Assembly (NCBI RefSeq): GCF_004010195.1
Contig: NC_057718.1
Location: 30,222,128 to 30,260,121, forward strand
Reading direction: 5' to 3'
DNA: 37,994 nucleotides
Source: Chiloscyllium plagiosum
Taxonomy: Eukaryota
In this document: in pieces, positions 35,648 to 37,994 of the stretch
How the letters are laid out: every line of letters starts with the position of its first letter
How positions within the stretch are numbered: position 1 is the stretch's first letter
Notes under the pieces: model-generated
Databases searched by the model: none
What the model was told of the DNA's origin: nothing
What the model saw: the letters and a program-made list of their open reading frames with translations, nothing else
Position numbers and translations under genes: made by a program

Positions 35648-36299
35648 GTAAGTATTTCACATTAGGTTTTTACAACTTTTAGGAGGCTAAACATTCCACA
35701 CCTGGGATTTGGGCTGAAATCTGGTCTAGATTGCTGAAATAAAATTATGTACTTGATGATTAATAAATCTACATGAAGAGGTTTCGCAGTCTCCATTCAT
35801 TTCTTTGTGCCCACCTCTCAAAGATTTGCCTGCCATGTCATGTTTATGAGACTTGGCAGTAAAAAACAACATTGATAACACAAGGCAATGCTCAGTCTGC
35901 CTTCACGGCAACCAATAACCTGTGGCTAGAAACGAACTTCCCCTAACATAGCATCCTCTCAAAATTAGTGGCAGAGGTGCCACTTAGCTAAAACAAAAAG
36001 AGTATTGAGTAAATTCACATATTCTGACATTGATAGAAGAGACACCAAAATTCAGTAAGTGACAGTGCTATGATCAGCTTGTTGATTTTAAGTTTCAGCA
36101 ATAATTAAAATTTAAATCTAAAATTTGCATTTAAATTCATCAACATAATAAGCTTTTCCAGGTCTTGGGCTAGCTGGAAATTGTCACTAACAGTATTTCT
36201 TGTGTCGACATTGAACAAAACATTTTACTATTCCTTAAGTTCTAAGAGCAAATATATAGGAAACGTATGGGCAAATAATACATTTATTATATAATATGA

Positions 36300-36575
<276 letters not shown>

Positions 36576-36763
36576 TAAGCTTGTATTTATGGAGTTTTAA
36601 CCATTTACATGCAAAGGTTCAGGTTTAGATGAATAGTCAGAATGGGGGAAAAGAGCATTGAAACAATAATTAATTCTCTATCTAGATATTTTAAACCTTT
36701 GGTTTTCTCGGGGACTTGCAACATATACGTATTTTTAATTACACTGTGTAATAATCTTGACAG

Positions 36764-37204
36764 GTTGAAAAGGAACAACAAAACTCTACCTTGACTCTGT
36801 ACCGTGAACTGAGCTTTCTTCGCCGGAATGCATTGCCTATTCATAGAGGATGGATGTGTTATATATGGAACGATGCAGATATATTTGCATATGTGAGAGA
36901 ACTTGATGGTTTGAGTTCGGTCTTTTTAATTGTACTAAATTTTGGTAATTCTTCAGAAGTAAACCTGGCAAGCAAAATTTCATATCTTCCCAAGGAAGCA
37001 AACGTGAGACTTAGTACCGACATCAATAAAATTGGAAATAAAGTTCAAACAGCTTCAATAATAACAAGTGCTGGTGAAGGACTTGTACTGGAATACAAAA
37101 CAAACAATCCAGTTCACACTAAGACAGAGTTCAAAGATAGGTGCTATATTTCACAGAAAGCATGCTATTTGAATACATTTGACATACTTTACAAGAATTG
37201 TTGA
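36764..37204 (+). CDS. SLC3A1: SLC3A1 exon 10 (domain C, stop codon)
   Basis: cttgacag|GTT; VEKEQQNSTLTLYRELSFLRRNALPIHRGWMCYIWND...DRCYISQKACYLNTFDILYKNC*; TGA at 37202-37204. Confidence 0.95.
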   Translation, partial: VEKEQQNSTLTLYRELSFLRRNALPIHRGWMCYIWNDADIFAYVRELDGLSSVFLIVLNFGNSSEVNLASKISYLPKEANVRLSTDINKIGNKVQTASIITSAGEGLVLEYKTNNPVHTKTEFKDRCYISQKACYLNTFDILYKNC

Positions 37205-37320
37205 GCTACTAACAAAAATTCGCTAATCAATATATAATCAATTAATGAAGGGCACAAAAGAATGACTCAATTAAATATTAATGAGATAATAATCATTGAT
37301 CTGTGAACAAATTGCACATC

Positions 37321-37326
37321 AATAAA
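37321..37326 (+). terminator. Polyadenylation signal (putative)
   Basis: AATAAA about 117 nt after the stop codon, followed by T-rich sequence; ATTAAA also at 37270-37275. Confidence 0.5.
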
Positions 37327-37393
37327 ATATTTACATTTTAATATGCAGTATTAAACTTTTTTCATCATTTCATAAAATGTTTTCATTTATCCA

Positions 37394-37590
37394 TGGAGGT
37401 TGTGATGTTGAGAGTAGGGTACCTGCCTCTGAGTGAAAAGTTCTGTGTTCAAGCCCAGTCTAGGACCTGATGGTCAAGAAAGGTATGTTCATAATGTGGC
37501 CAAACAGGTTGAGTATTAACCTGTAAAACCTTTCAATATATCCACTGACTGGCAGTACCAACACGAGATTCGTCAGTCACATAATGGAAA
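37394..37590 (+). mobile_element. Decayed tRNA-derived SINE
   Basis: gtacctgcctctgagtgaaaagttctgtgttcaagcccag...atgtggccaaacaggttga, related to the heads at 63-380 and 27738. Confidence 0.45.
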
Positions 37591-37772
37591 GGAAATTGAA
37601 CTTCTCACAATTACTATTTATAGTTCCAGATTGCAACATCAATGTAAAGGTACATGCTGCGAAAGTAACTTGGACTTCCAACTGGCTTAGTTGCATGTCA
37701 GCCAATGTGCATCAGATTAGTGCCAATGACATGGGAATTGATCCCAGTTGTGATGCGTCCTTGTTGAAGTAA

Positions 37773-37994
37773 ATAGACAATAGGTGCAGGAGTAGGCCAT
37801 TCTGCCCTTCGAGCCTGCACCACCATTCAATATGATGATGGCTGATCATGCTTAATCAGTATCCTGTTCCTGCCTTATCTCCATAACCTTTGATTCCACA
37901 ATCCTTGAGAGCTCTATCCAACTCTTTCTTAAATGAATCCAGAGACTGGGCCTCCACTGCCCTCTGGGGCAGAACATTCCACACAGCCACCACT
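37773..37994 (-). mobile_element. CR1 3' end (runs off the window)
   Basis: ataggtgcaggagtaggccattctgcccttcgagcctgc...cctccactgccctctggggcagaacattccaca, the reverse complement of a CR1 ORF2 end and 3' UTR. Confidence 0.85.

Overview
Vertebrate genomic DNA, most likely from a shark (inferred from the repeat content: CR1 LINEs, HE1-type and Deu-type SINEs, Penelope-like elements). The window holds one protein-coding gene on the + strand: SLC3A1 (rBAT, heavy chain of the b0,+ cystine/dibasic amino acid transporter, GH13 fold), CDS 7964-37204. Nine exons have canonical GT-AG boundaries and a continuous frame. The exon equivalent to mammalian exon 2 is not visible and probably lies in the 500-N gap at 15289-15788. 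The rest is nested transposon debris: CR1, L1, Gypsy, PIF/Harbinger, SINEs and Penelope-like elements (PLEs). Two observations stand out. (1) This rBAT keeps all visible GH13 alpha-glucosidase catalytic motifs ([34 protein letters not shown]), several of which are degenerate in human rBAT as I recall it, so it may still be an enzyme. (2) Nine PLE-related insertions from several families carry minimal type I hammerhead ribozyme motifs or remnants of them. Seven are short, often fold-back, non-coding elements with 11-18 bp target-site duplications, and two are PLE coding fragments. Comparisons to human are from memory and were not computed.
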